Below, in pieces: positions 53,016-62,600 of a stretch of 64,000 nt of DNA; positions within the stretch are counted from its first letter, which is position 1, and each line of letters begins with the position of its first letter. The stretch spans positions 43,621-107,620 of the forward strand of contig CABUKE010000004.1 in the NCBI GenBank assembly GCA_902492065.1. The letters are read 5' to 3'. The notes under the pieces were generated by a model. That model searched no databases and was not told the DNA's origin. It worked only from the letters and a program-made list of their open reading frames with translations. The stretch comes from an uncultured Eubacteriales bacterium (lineage in GTDB: Bacteria; Bacillota; Clostridia; UBA1381; UMGS1253). Position numbers and translations under genes: made by a program.

Positions 53016-53906
53016 ATGTTACAAATGAAGGAAGTCCAAATCAGCGATAAAGCACGAGTGGATGCGCTGTTGGAAGGCTGTCCGCACAATACGCTGGAAT
53101 ATAATTTTACATCGACATTTATCTGGCGCAATATTTATAATTTTCGGATTGTAGAGAATCCGAACTGGTTTATTCTGTTTTCCGACTCGAAACGGCCGTC
53201 GTTTCTCTATCCGTATGGCAAGGGCGATATTAAGCCCGTATTGGATGAGCTGATTGCTTATTGCAAAGAGAAGGGAATTACGCCGTCGTTTCACAGTGTA
53301 TCGCCAATAGCGCGTGAGGAATTGGAGACTCTGTATCCGGGACAGTTCGCGTTTACACTTATCCGCGACGCAGGCGACTATATCTATGAGCGGGAGAGTC
53401 TTGCCACACTTAGAGGGAAAAAGCTGAGTGCAAAGCGCAACCATATCAACCGCTTTTTGGAGTCCTATCCAAACTGGAAGTACGAACGAATTACAAAAGA
53501 GAATATTGAGGAAGTTTATCAAATGAACCTGAAATGGTGCGCAACGGTAGATTGTAAAAATGATCCTGGGCTCCAGGAGGAGGCGTGCGCTGTAAAGCAG
53601 GCGTTTCGCTACTTCTTTGATTTGAAACTTGACGGCGGTCTGCTGCGGGCGGAGGACGATATTGTGGCGTTTTCCATGGGGGATCGGCTCAACGACACGA
53701 CGTATCTGGTTCACATTGAAAAGGCGTTTGCCGACATTAACGGTGCATATCCGATGATTAACAAGCAGTTTGTGCTCAAAAATACAGAGGGATATCAATA
53801 TGTTGACCGTGAGGATGACGCAGGGGACGAGGGTCTGCGTAAGGCAAAGCTCTCCTACCGGCCGGCTATTATATCGGAAAAGTATTTTGCACAGTACACG
53901 GGATAA
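53016..53906 (+). CDS. stand-alone DUF2156 protein (MprF C-terminal aminoacyl-transferase-like, tandem GNAT fold)
   Basis: Motifs DYIYERESLATLRGKKLSAKRNHINRF, HIEKAF..NGAYPMIN and REDDAGDEGLRKAKLSYRP. No TM segments. I set the start at ATG 53016 after the SD aagggag. Confidence 0.8.
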   Translation: MLQMKEVQISDKARVDALLEGCPHNTLEYNFTSTFIWRNIYNFRIVENPNWFILFSDSKRPSFLYPYGKGDIKPVLDELIAYCKEKGITPSFHSVSPIAREELETLYPGQFAFTLIRDAGDYIYERESLATLRGKKLSAKRNHINRFLESYPNWKYERITKENIEEVYQMNLKWCATVDCKNDPGLQEEACAVKQAFRYFFDLKLDGGLLRAEDDIVAFSMGDRLNDTTYLVHIEKAFADINGAYPMINKQFVLKNTEGYQYVDREDDAGDEGLRKAKLSYRPAIISEKYFAQYTG

Positions 53907-53920
53907 AGAAGGGAAACGGT

Positions 53921-54772
53921 ATGATCGAGTTTGCGTCGGAGCGTTACCGGGAGCAGATTAAAGCGCTGTGGTGCGAGGCATTTGAAGAGAGCGCCGCGTC
54001 GGCGGAGCACTATTTTACCTGTTGTCATATGGATAGTAATATGCTCCTTGATACAGAAGGAGATGGCGTGTGTGCCATGTTGACCATGCTGCCGCTGACG
54101 TTGTATTTTGGTGCGGAGGCGTATTCTGGACGCTATATATACGCAGTTGCAACGCGGAAGGACTGCCGCGGGCAGGGGCGTAGCACGCGCCTTCTACAGG
54201 AAGCGCACGGTTATATGCGCCGCGAGGGCGTTGCCGCGTCGCTTTTGGTGCCTGCGTCGGAGAGTTTGTTTGATTTTTATGCACAGCGTGGTTATACAAA
54301 AGCATTTAGTCTGAGTGAAACGGTGTGGGACGCGGACATGCTCCCGCCTGCCGGCGCTGGTACGGTGCGGCGCATGGAAACGGCGAAGGCGTATGTGGAC
54401 CTGCGCTTGGCAGCGTTTGGAGATAGCCGCCCGTTTGCCGCGTGGGACGCCGACATGCTTGAGCGGATTATGGCATATGGCCATTGCTATGGCGCGGAGT
54501 TTTATCATGTTGGTACGTCGCGGGGCGAGGCGGCGGCCTTTTGCGTTCGGGAAGGCGATACAGTGTTGGTCAAGGAGCTTGCGGTATTCGGTATGAAGAC
54601 CGAACAGGCAGTCGCGCTATTGCACGGACAATTGGGCGCAAAGCAGTATTGCGTGCGCACAGCCGCCGGGAGAGCAGAAGAAAAAAGACGGTTTGACTTT
54701 GCCATGCTGTGTACTTTGCAGGGTAACCTGCCAAAGCCTTGCAATGCGTATTTCAATCTGGCAATGGATTGA
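53921..54772 (+). CDS. GNAT family acetyltransferase with C-terminal extension
   Basis: Acetyl-CoA loop VATRKDCRGQGRSTRLLQEA. Confidence 0.65.
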   Translation: MIEFASERYREQIKALWCEAFEESAASAEHYFTCCHMDSNMLLDTEGDGVCAMLTMLPLTLYFGAEAYSGRYIYAVATRKDCRGQGRSTRLLQEAHGYMRREGVAASLLVPASESLFDFYAQRGYTKAFSLSETVWDADMLPPAGAGTVRRMETAKAYVDLRLAAFGDSRPFAAWDADMLERIMAYGHCYGAEFYHVGTSRGEAAAFCVREGDTVLVKELAVFGMKTEQAVALLHGQLGAKQYCVRTAAGRAEEKRRFDFAMLCTLQGNLPKPCNAYFNLAMD

Positions 54773-54789
54773 GCGGAAAGGGGTACGTT

Positions 54790-55465
54790 ATGATTACCTG
54801 TTACGCGGACTTTGTTTCCCGACTTTTGAAGACGGGCTTCACCATTGGCGGGGAAAACGGCGAGGGCGTTTTTACGCTCGCAGATGAATTCGAGAAGAAT
54901 ATCTGCTGGCATACCGAGAATATGGAAACCGACCCGTGGGAATGGCGGATGCGCGTCCTACAGGAGCGGGAGGATATCGCCTACGGGAAAGTCTTTTTTG
55001 GAAAAAGCGGCTATATTACAAAGGAATGGTATCCGTATTTTTTGGCGGTGCGCCGCGGCGCGCTGTCACTGGACGAGGCATATGAGGCGGGTAATATCAG
55101 CCGGTACGCAAAAATGATTTACAGCGTCATTGCAGACAACGGCGCTGTGCCGACGTATGCGCTGCGCGGCCTGTGCGGCTTTGGGCCGGAGGATAAGGCG
55201 AAGATGGAGCGCGCGCTGACCGAGCTGCAAGGCAAACTCTTATATTACCATGTGCGGCAACCGGCAGAAGATCAGCCGGAGCGGGGCGCTCTACGGCTGG
55301 AGCTCTACCATGTTTTGTACGGCAGAGGCGTTTTGGGACGGCAAAGTGTTTGCAAAGGCGGCGAGGATAGATGCCTCCGACGCGGAAGCGCGGATACGAA
55401 AGCGGATTTACGAGATGAACCCTGCCGCTCAGGAGAAAAAGGTGAAAAAATTTATTTTCGGATAA
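54790..55465 (+). pseudogene. frameshifted conserved hypothetical gene (possibly AlkZ-related winged-helix family)
   Basis: Frame 1 runs from ATG 54790 to about 55240 (MITCYADFVSRLLKTGF...TELQGKL). Frame 2 continues as YITMCGNRQKISRSGALYGWSSTMFCTAEAFW...KKFIFG and stops at 55465 directly before a terminator. One extra T at 55240/55241 explains the shift. Confidence 0.65.
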
Positions 55466-55467
55466 AT

Positions 55468-55497
55468 AAAAAAAACGGGCTAAAAGCCCGTTTTTTG
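55468..55497. terminator. bidirectional rho-independent terminator
   Basis: aaaaaaaacgggc-taaaa-gcccgtttttt. Confidence 0.75.
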
Positions 55498-55505
55498 ATG
55501 CAGTA

Positions 55506-56894
55506 TTATTTTGACTGGATATATTCGTCGATGGCGGCCGCCGCGCTCTTGCCTGCGCCCATGGCGAGGATAACCGTCGCCGCGCCCGTTACCGCGTCGC
55601 CGCCGGCATATACGCCCTCTTTGGTCGTCATGCCGCTGTCGTCCTTTACGACAATGCAGCCGTGTTTGTTTGTTTCCAGCCCGCTCGTCGTATTTTTAAT
55701 CAGCGGATTCGGCGAGGTGCCAATCGACATAATAACCGTGTCTACGTCGAGCATATGCTCCGACCCTTTCACGACAACCGGACGCCTCCGCCCGGACTCG
55801 TCCGGCTCACCAAGCTCCATCTTGACACATTCCATGCCAGTTACGAAGTCGTTTTCATCGCCGAGAATCTGCGTCGGGTTGTTGAGGGTCTTGAAGATGA
55901 TGCCTTCTTCCTCCGCGTGCTCGACTTCTTCCTTTCTTGCTGGCATTTCCTCCATGGAACGGCGGTACACGATATAGACGTTTTCCGCGCCGAGACGCTT
56001 TGCACAGCGCGCCGCATCCATTGCCACGTTGCCGCCGCCGACAACCGCGACGTTTTTCACTGCTTTGATTGGCGTTGCGCTGTTCTCTTTGTACGCTTTC
56101 ATCAGATTTACACGTGTCAAAAACTCGTTTGCCGAATATACGCCGTTGAGGTTCTCGCCCTCAATGTTCATAAAGCGCGGAAGCCCAGCGCCCGAACCAA
56201 TAAATACGGCCTCAAAGCCGTCCTCAAACAGCTCGTCAACCGAGAGCACCTTGCCGATGACCATGTTTGTCATAATTGTCACGCCAAGCTCGCGCAGGGT
56301 ATCAATCTCCTTGCGGACAATTTCCTTCGGCAGACGAAATTCCGGAATCCCATAAACAAGCACGCCGCCGGGGGTATGGAGCGCCTCAAACACGGTCACA
56401 TCGTAGCCGCGCTTTGCCAAATCGCCCGCGCATGTCAGCCCCGCCGGGCCTGCGCCGACAACGGCAACCTTGTGCCCGTTCGGCTGCGGCTTTTTCGCTT
56501 CTTCCTTTGCATGCTCCATGTGCCAGTCCGCCACGAACCGCTCAAGCCGGCCGATTGCCACCGGCTCGCCCTTGATGCCGCGTACGCACTTGCTCTCGCA
56601 CTGCGTCTCCTGCGGACATACGCGCCCGCATACTGCCGGGAGCGAGCTCGACTTCGTCAGAATCTCATATGCGCCCTCAAAGTCCTCCTCCTTAATCTTT
56701 GCGATAAAGGCCGGGATGTCAATTGCCACCGGGCAGCCACCCACGCAGGGCTTGTGCTTGCAATTGAGGCAGCGGTTTGCCTCGTCGATGGCCTGCTCCT
56801 TCGTATAGCCGAGCGCAACCTCGGAGAAGTTTTTGTTCCGCACGTCCGGCGCCTGCACCGGCATTTCGTTTTTCTTCAATGACATGTTAGGCAT
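55506..56894 (-). CDS. nfnB: NADPH-dependent glutamate-synthase-type oxidoreductase, NfnB/SudA-like large subunit
   Basis: RCLNCKHKPCVGGCPV Fe-S cluster motifs, two Rossmann motifs (VAVVGAGPAGL, VAVVGGGNVAMD). I chose start ATG 56894, 9 nt after the SD aaggag. The tracked ORF starts at 56903. Confidence 0.85.
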   Translation of the reverse strand: MPNMSLKKNEMPVQAPDVRNKNFSEVALGYTKEQAIDEANRCLNCKHKPCVGGCPVAIDIPAFIAKIKEEDFEGAYEILTKSSSLPAVCGRVCPQETQCESKCVRGIKGEPVAIGRLERFVADWHMEHAKEEAKKPQPNGHKVAVVGAGPAGLTCAGDLAKRGYDVTVFEALHTPGGVLVYGIPEFRLPKEIVRKEIDTLRELGVTIMTNMVIGKVLSVDELFEDGFEAVFIGSGAGLPRFMNIEGENLNGVYSANEFLTRVNLMKAYKENSATPIKAVKNVAVVGGGNVAMDAARCAKRLGAENVYIVYRRSMEEMPARKEEVEHAEEEGIIFKTLNNPTQILGDENDFVTGMECVKMELGEPDESGRRRPVVVKGSEHMLDVDTVIMSIGTSPNPLIKNTTSGLETNKHGCIVVKDDSGMTTKEGVYAGGDAVTGAATVILAMGAGKSAAAAIDEYIQSK

Positions 56895-57738
56895 TGTGCG
56901 CATCTCCTTTCTTCAAAAGGTTACACGTTTCCTCATAGCTGTGCCGCTCAAAGTCCTTATAGACTGTGCCGCGCTTCATCATCAGGTCAAAATCGACCTG
57001 ATGGCCGTCGAAGTCCGGCCCGTCCACGCAGGCAAACTTCGTCTCGCCGCCTACACTGAGGCGGCAGCCGCCGCACATGCCCGTGCCGTCAATCATAATC
57101 GGGTTCATGCTGACAACGGTTTTGATACCGTACTCTTTCGTGAGCTGACATACGAATTTCATCATAATCAATGGACCAATCGCAATGACCTCGTCGTACT
57201 TTTCTCCGCTCTCGATCAAAGCGCGCAGCGCGTCGGTGACAAGCCCCTTTTCACCGTAGCTACCGTCGTCTGTCACAATTTTAAACACGTCGCTGACCGC
57301 CTTGAAGTGGTCCTCCAGGATTACAAGGTCTTTGCTGCGGAAGCCGACCACGGAGTGTACCTCCGCGCCCTGCTCGTGCAGCTTTTTCGCAACCGGGTAA
57401 GCGATTGCGCAGCCCACGCCGCCGCCGATCACGGCAACTTTTTTGAGCCCTTCCGTATGCGACGCCGTGCCGAGTGGGCCGACAAAGTCGCTGATATAGT
57501 CGCCCTCTTCCTTTGCGTCGAGCTTTTTCGTCGTTGCGCCGACAATCTGGAAGATGATTGTCACGGTGCCCGCCTCGCGGTCATAGTCGGCAACCGTCAG
57601 CGGAATGCGCTCGCCGTCCTCGTCGACGCGCAGGATGATAAACTGGCCCGCCTGCGCCTTTTTGGCAACAAACGGCGCGTCAATCTCCATCAGCGTGACG
57701 GTCGGGTTGAGCCGTTCTTTCTTTTTAATCAAATACAT
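56887..57738 (-). CDS. nfnA: ferredoxin-NADP reductase-like small subunit, NfnA/SudB-like
   Basis: FAD/NAD-binding PyrK-like fold with the C-terminal [2Fe-2S] motif CGGCRLSVGGETKFACVDGP. It is paired with nfnB. Confidence 0.85.
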   Translation of the reverse strand: MYLIKKKERLNPTVTLMEIDAPFVAKKAQAGQFIILRVDEDGERIPLTVADYDREAGTVTIIFQIVGATTKKLDAKEEGDYISDFVGPLGTASHTEGLKKVAVIGGGVGCAIAYPVAKKLHEQGAEVHSVVGFRSKDLVILEDHFKAVSDVFKIVTDDGSYGEKGLVTDALRALIESGEKYDEVIAIGPLIMMKFVCQLTKEYGIKTVVSMNPIMIDGTGMCGGCRLSVGGETKFACVDGPDFDGHQVDFDLMMKRGTVYKDFERHSYEETCNLLKKGDAHNA

Positions 57739-57861
57739 ATTCCATCGCCCCTTTACAAGATTAATTTTAATTTGTAAATGTGCCGGTACGTGTTGTGTCC
57801 CATTGGATAAACAGAGCGGAAAACGAGATATCCTGCCGCCTATTTATCATATCTATTATAC

Positions 57862-57891
57862 AATAAAAAGACGGCTGGAACAACCGTCTTT
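57862..57891 (-). terminator. rho-independent terminator after the AEC transporter gene
   Basis: aaagacgg...ccgtcttt hairpin with a minus-strand U-run. Confidence 0.6.
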
Positions 57892-57976
57892 CTGATATTT
57901 TTTGATAAAATCTGCAACGAGTTTTTGTATAAACTGTATATGATTCTCAGTTTCCTGCCTTACTTTAGGAAAAGTG

Positions 57977-58915
57977 TTAGATCAATGCCAGCGACTTGAG
58001 CGTAAAGATCAGCAAAAACATCGTCAGGATAGAGAATGCCGAGGTAAAGACAACGATCTGCGCGGCGAGGTCGCCGTCGCCGTCCATCTGCTGCGCCATC
58101 GTGTAGGAGGAAACGGCGGTCGGGGAAGCGAACATACTCAGAAGCGCGACAATCTGTGCCCCGCGGAAGCCAATCAGCGCGCCGATGCCAAGCGCCGCCA
58201 CTGGAACGACGATTAGCCGGAGCACCACGGCCCAAGACAGAATGGGGATATTGCCTTTCACGGCAGTGAAGGTAAACGACCCGCCCAGTGCAATCAGCGC
58301 GAGCGGCGTTGCAACGCGCGACACGTCGCGCACGACGCCCTCGGCAAAATTGGGGATTTTGATGCCGAATACTAAAAACAAAATGCCGAGCACAGACGCG
58401 ACAATGAGCGGATTTGTGACGATACCCTTCAGGATTTTCAGCGGATTTGGTTTTCCGCCGCGGAACACCTCGAGGCATATGACCGCCAAAATATTAAAGA
58501 CCGGCACGACCATGGCAATCGCCACACTGGTCAGCCCTGCCCCGTCCTCGCCGAGCAGAAGCACCGTCACCGGCAGGCCGAACAGGACAAAATTGCTGCG
58601 GAATACCCCCTGGATGAACACGCCGCGCCGGCTGTTCTCCTTGATAAACAGGGGCACGAGTAAAAACAGCAGCAGCGCAACGGCGAGGATGCAGACCAGC
58701 GCATAGAGCAGGAACGGCCCGTCAAAGGCCACGGCCGCGTCCGTCGTATAGATATTATAGAACAGCAATACCGGCAAAAACACTTTGAACACAAGCTTGT
58801 TGATGACCCCGAGCGAATGTTCGTCCACCATTTTGACACGGCGGAGAATATACCCAAGCACAATCAGCGCAAAAATCGGGAAAACCACGCTTGCCGCTAA
58901 AATCAGACTGTCCAT
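57977..58915 (-). CDS. AEC (auxin efflux carrier) family transporter
   Basis: 312-aa, 10-TM-like protein, N-terminus MDSLILAASVVFPIFALIVLGYILRR. Confidence 0.85.
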   Translation of the reverse strand: MDSLILAASVVFPIFALIVLGYILRRVKMVDEHSLGVINKLVFKVFLPVLLFYNIYTTDAAVAFDGPFLLYALVCILAVALLLFLLVPLFIKENSRRGVFIQGVFRSNFVLFGLPVTVLLLGEDGAGLTSVAIAMVVPVFNILAVICLEVFRGGKPNPLKILKGIVTNPLIVASVLGILFLVFGIKIPNFAEGVVRDVSRVATPLALIALGGSFTFTAVKGNIPILSWAVVLRLIVVPVAALGIGALIGFRGAQIVALLSMFASPTAVSSYTMAQQMDGDGDLAAQIVVFTSAFSILTMFLLIFTLKSLALI

Positions 58916-58944
58916 GTTGTACCTCCATTTATGCCTTTATAATT

Positions 58945-59484
58945 TTATAGTGCGCTGCCCTTTTTGGGGACAAATAAACCGGACAAATCCGCCCCTTCAT
59001 GAGTAAGGAGCGCGAGCTTTTTGTCCACGCCGCCCGCGTAGCCAGTCAGACTCCCGTTTGCGCCTACCACACGGTGGCAGGGGATGATGATGGAAATCGG
59101 ATTGTGCCCCACAGCTCCGCCGACCGCCTGGGCCGACATGTTCGTTCCCGCATGGCGGAAGGCAATTCTCTGCGCAAGCCTACCGTATGTCGTGACCTCG
59201 CCGTAGGGGATCTCACACAGCATATCCCACACCTCTTTGCGGAAAGCGCTTCCGGCGGGAGCAAGGTTTAGCTCGCCGATTGCCGGCCTTTCGCCCGCAA
59301 AATAACGGTCGAGCCACAGCCTTGTTTGCCGGAGGATGGGAGCGTCCTTGTCTTCGACCGTTTCCTCCTGCAAGGAACCGAGAAAGTATTTTTGCCCCTC
59401 AATCCAAAGCCCAATGAGTGCGTCCTCCCTGCTTGCGAGCAGAATACCGCCAACTGGGGAAGTGTAACGCGCAATATACACCAT
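58945..59484 (-). CDS. ogt: methylated-DNA--protein-cysteine methyltransferase
   Basis: Active-site motif IIIPCHRVVGANGSLTGY. Confidence 0.9.
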   Translation of the reverse strand: MVYIARYTSPVGGILLASREDALIGLWIEGQKYFLGSLQEETVEDKDAPILRQTRLWLDRYFAGERPAIGELNLAPAGSAFRKEVWDMLCEIPYGEVTTYGRLAQRIAFRHAGTNMSAQAVGGAVGHNPISIIIPCHRVVGANGSLTGYAGGVDKKLALLTHEGADLSGLFVPKKGSAL

Positions 59485-59572
59485 AGAAATTCCGCTCCTT
59501 CCAAACGATCAAAACTGTTTACTATTATATCATGAAACAGACAATTGCTCAATGTTTCTATACAAATTTAAT

Positions 59573-59616
59573 AAAAAACCGTTTCTAACCCATTGATTAG
59601 AAACGGTTCTGTTTTT
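59573..59616 (-). terminator. rho-independent terminator after the M16 peptidase gene
   Basis: aaccgtttcta...tagaaacggtt hairpin with A-run and T-run on both sides. Confidence 0.7.
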
Positions 59617-59638
59617 GACTGAGAAACTTGCACCCGGC

Positions 59639-62600
59639 TTACCCATTTACTGCTGCGGCAATCTCTTCATAAGCCCAATGCTCCTGGATATCGGAAAAAG
59701 GAGTCTGTATATCCGGCGAATAAGTCTTGCCGAGCATACGGTTTAAAATGGTTACGGCCTCCGCACGCGTAATAGGCGCGTTTGGACGGAGCTGATTTCC
59801 TTCATAGCCGGACAGATAGCCATATGTAGCCAGTTTCGTCATAGCGGAGTAAAACCAGTCGCTGCTGCTGATGTCTGTATATATGGTATTTGCCGTCGTG
59901 CCGCTATCCTCCTTGCTGCCATAGAGAAAGTTTATAAGCACGCTGGAGAATTCCGCGCGGCTCATGCTGTCGTCGGGGTGAAAAGTTCCGTCCTCATATC
60001 CATGCAGGATGCCCTTTTCCGAAAGGGAAATAACCGCATCTCCGTACCAGTTCAGTTCTGTTACGTCGCTATATGGCGACGGACCTTCCGTACTGCTTTG
60101 GTCAGCCAAAAGGTCTGCAATTAGAGTCGCCGTTTCCGCCCGGGTGAGCGGATCGTCGGGGCAAAACTCTGTTTCAGTTTTTCCGTGAACGTAGCCGCCG
60201 GGCGTTTTAGTAAGACGGGGATAGACGTTTAGTGTATTTGCGTCCGCATAATAGCCAAAATCGAATGCCGCATCATCCGCCGCGTCTTTGCCCAGCACGG
60301 CAAAAACGCTGTTTTGCGCTACCAGTTCGTCGACCAAATCGGCATAGGAACGCAAATCCGCTACTGTTGTAGAAAGGATTTCGTTGCGTACGCGCTGGAT
60401 GTCCTCCGGCGTTTTTCCGGAAAGGGCGAGCATTGCACCGTAATCTGAATCGTTGTAGTATTCATCAAAATCTTTCACTACCGGGACGATAATAGCGTCA
60501 AGTTCCTTTTGTGTCATCTCAAGGTTTCGCAGATAATCGCCCATTCCGCTCCAGATGGAAAGTGCCAGGTCTATGTCGGACAACCCGGCGACTGCACAGG
60601 TCAATCCATACTGGTCAAATGCGGTATTCGCACCGTATGCGCCATATTTGCCCCGCATGGTGGGCAGGATATAGTTGGCAGTCAGCACATTGCCGAGCAC
60701 GTTCATTTTGCCCGAGTAGACATATCCAGCATCAGCGAGGGAACCGGACAGCATAAAGTGGTTTGCATCTGTTAAATTTGTCACAATAGCTGCGGAATGA
60801 CAGCCTGCGGGGAGGCGCAGGGCTGTGCTATCCCGCTTCTCTGCGTTCTGGTATTGTTCTGCTATACATGCTTTTACGTTTTCATAACTGCCGCCGCCCA
60901 CATACTCAACGGTGGGGAGCTGGCCCAACACCAACTCGTTCACCATATCTTTGACCTTTTGTAGCATGGCAGGATACTGCTCCGGCTCGGCACGGTTTAA
61001 AAAGTGGTAATACGGGACGGAGCCCTGCCCAATGCTGCCCCGGGTAAAGGAATAAAAACGGTTTCCAGCCGACTGGGAAGACTGTTTCAGCTCATAGGAG
61101 AGATAATACGGGTCGCGGTAGCTGTTTTGCAGTATTTCTGCGGGCGTATTCTGTACATACGCCCCAAAAGCCGCCTCGTCCCACAAGGTGCCGTCCTGCA
61201 AAAACTGTATTAATTTTTGAAATTCTGCCGTAATTGTATCGTCTGTGCCGGTCAGACAAACGGCAATCTGTGGGTTTATTCTATTGCTGTCGTGGAAGTT
61301 TTCCATGCTCATCAAGTCGATGTATACACTCTCAAGCCCTGATTCCATGGCCTTTGTCCGGAGGTAAGAGGTCAGGAGTGTAACATAGTCTAAATCGTCG
61401 GAGGCAATTTGGAGCGGAAAAAACAAATTGAGGTAAACCGTCCCGCTTTCCTGTTTTTGTGTATAGTAAAAATCCATATTGTCCACTGTTTCGTGAACCG
61501 GGTGGGAATAGGCGGGCGCGTCCGCCACCTCCGCAAGCGTCAGGGTCGGAATACGCGCAACTGCTGCCGGGTCGTCCGGTGCATCAGCCCAGACCTGAAA
61601 TTGTATGGTATCCTGTTTAATCTGTTCCAGTTCTGTGTCGCTGAAATGGAGCGGTTCTTCCTCTAAGCCGGTTCCGCCATTGCCGGAAACGACAATCTTT
61701 CGGCAGGGGTTTTCTGTGAAATACTTTTTCAGTACAGTATCGAAAATCTCGGGGTGTTCCTTGAGCGTGTTTGCCGATTTGGAGCCATCCATGAAATAAA
61801 ATGGGTCGCTGTGATAAAGTAAGCCGTTGAACATGCCGAGCTCTGGTGCATACAGGTATGGATTTTGCCGCTGCAAAATATAAGCGTCGATTTCGGCGCT
61901 CAGATCGCCAAAGCCGTTTTCCGAAAATTGAGCGAGAATTTCTTCATAGGCGGAAATTATCTCGTCTTTTTTTTCAACGGGCACTTCGGATATGAGCAGG
62001 GCCAGATTGGATATACCACCGGTATTTCCGCCGGAAGTATAGTTTTTACTGTTGATTTCCCCCATTTTTGTAGAAATCAGATCAAAAATAATGTCGCGGG
62101 CATACAGTTCCTCTGCGCTTTCCGCCATGGGTACACCTGAGTACATAAATCCAATATCCACAGTCTTTGTATTGTCCGTCACGTTGTATTCGCTCAATAC
62201 TTGTTCTGGCTGACGCTTTGTATCCGGGAAATCAACCTGGATTTCTTTTTTTTCAAATTGCTGAAAAAAGCTGTCCAAAACCGCCAGCGTCTTGCGGATA
62301 TCCTGCTTGCCGGCGAGATATGTCATACTGTTGGAGGGTATGTAATAATTGTTATATACAGTAAGCAGGTCTTGATAGGTCAGCGTTTTAAGTTCGTCGA
62401 GACTGCCGCCGCTGTTAAAGGAAGGCGCGGTATCACCATACAGTGCATCATAGAGGCGGTCGGCCAGAAAATTAACGGAGTTTTCTGTGCTGTCAAGGCT
62501 TTTTATCCGCAGTTCATTGTAGACTACACCGTTGTACTGTACCTCGCCGTCTACATATTCCAGACGGATTCCCTGCTGCTTAAAAATATTTTCCTCTGTT

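Noticed and set aside
55466-55977. The C-terminal two thirds of the 412-aa plus-strand ORF 54739..55977.
   Set aside because: It lies antisense to nfnB, past a strong terminator, and has a low-complexity Ser/Pro/Ala-rich composition. It stays open only because of the GC-rich opposite-strand codons.
55662-57777. Long plus-strand ORFs 55662..56882 (406 aa) and 56833..57777 (314 aa).
   Set aside because: They are shadow ORFs antisense to nfnB and nfnA. They are Arg/His/Leu-rich, have no SD and carry no recognisable motif. The minus-strand genes carry clear Fe-S and Rossmann motifs.
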